NCBI GenBank assembly: GCA_029953675.1
Contig: JAMWBK010000009.1
Span: 1,054,001-1,118,000, forward strand
Direction: 5' to 3'
DNA: 64,000 bases
From: Rhodosorus marinus CCMP1338
Taxonomy: Eukaryota > Plantae > Rhodophyta
The notes beneath the pieces are model-generated. The model made no database searches, was not told the DNA's origin, and saw only the letters and a program-made list of their open reading frames with translations. Both the position numbers and the translations under genes were made by a program. This document shows, one piece after another, positions 63,481 through 64,000 of the stretch (its first letter is position 1; the number at the start of each line of letters is the position of its first letter).

Positions 63481-64000
63481 CCTCCAGCCATTGCAGCTTC
63501 CTGTTCCCCGAGGCCAACTGAGCGATCCACGGAGAAGGCGAACAATCAGAGTACAGAAGCGGAACCAAAAGCTCAGATCTCTACAAAAAGCTCTTACGGA
63601 GTCGACCACTCCGCGGAAACTATTCGCGTAAGTCTTTCTCGTGCAACCACCTACCCTTCGACAGAAATCTTTCCGGGTGTAGCACAGTTAACGCATTGCA
63701 AATCAACAGCAAAGACTGGAAGATCAGTCCCAGGGTCACTGCCATCGTTAGTCAAATCTTGCTTATAATCTCTCCCTCTCAAATCAGCGTACAAGTCCTC
63801 GCACACTCGTTTCTAACCCTAAACGGACTGCTCACCCAACCCTCCTGTCCACATCAAGACGATTGTCTAAACAAGACGCACTGCACTCCAGCAAGACGAC
63901 CAGCACGCAGTTACAATTCGAAATGACCTGCTCTTGTTTTCCTCCTTTCTTTTTTTCTGTAGTTGAAGATCTCTCTCTTAAAGAGACAAACATGATGTTT

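Overview
This is eukaryotic nuclear DNA from a compact genome with many short (about 45-150 nt) GT-AG introns. It is most likely a unicellular red alga, inferred from MAFV/MASYGFV-type plastid transit peptides, a nuclear ClpR and a cyanobacterial-type DUF2301 gene. About 20 genes are recognisable: TVP15/COPI-associated-like, ChAPs/exomer-like, ClpR, DUF2301, ATP6AP2-like microprotein, NDUFA6-like, PCC1, EBP2, BRCA2, a DMT/SLC35-like transporter, TOM1-like VHS-GAT, calnexin, UPRT, a YfcG/Ure2-type GST, CTF18, a Mic12-like protein, RPL15, a SnRK/CIPK-type kinase and ADA1/TADA1. They are arranged mostly as divergent pairs around AT-rich cores and as convergent pairs with almost no spacer. Four things stand out. 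(1) An intronless 662-aa three-domain fusion (BtuF/TroA-like binding protein + Cys-rich DUF5522-like + DUF71 PP-loop ATPase) at 46.1-48.1 kb looks like a bacterial B12-salvage gene cluster collapsed into one eukaryotic gene. (2) A ~380-nt highly base-paired segment at 32.94-33.31 kb matches no RNA family I recognise. (3) Two apparently related non-coding tandem arrays lie at 26.7 and 55.6 kb, and the second carries a box C/D-type kink-turn hairpin in each unit. (4) There are small inverted-repeat elements and a Gypsy relic. Exon boundaries were inferred by eye, so gene ends are approximate where stated. Long homopolymers suggest some indel errors in the assembly.
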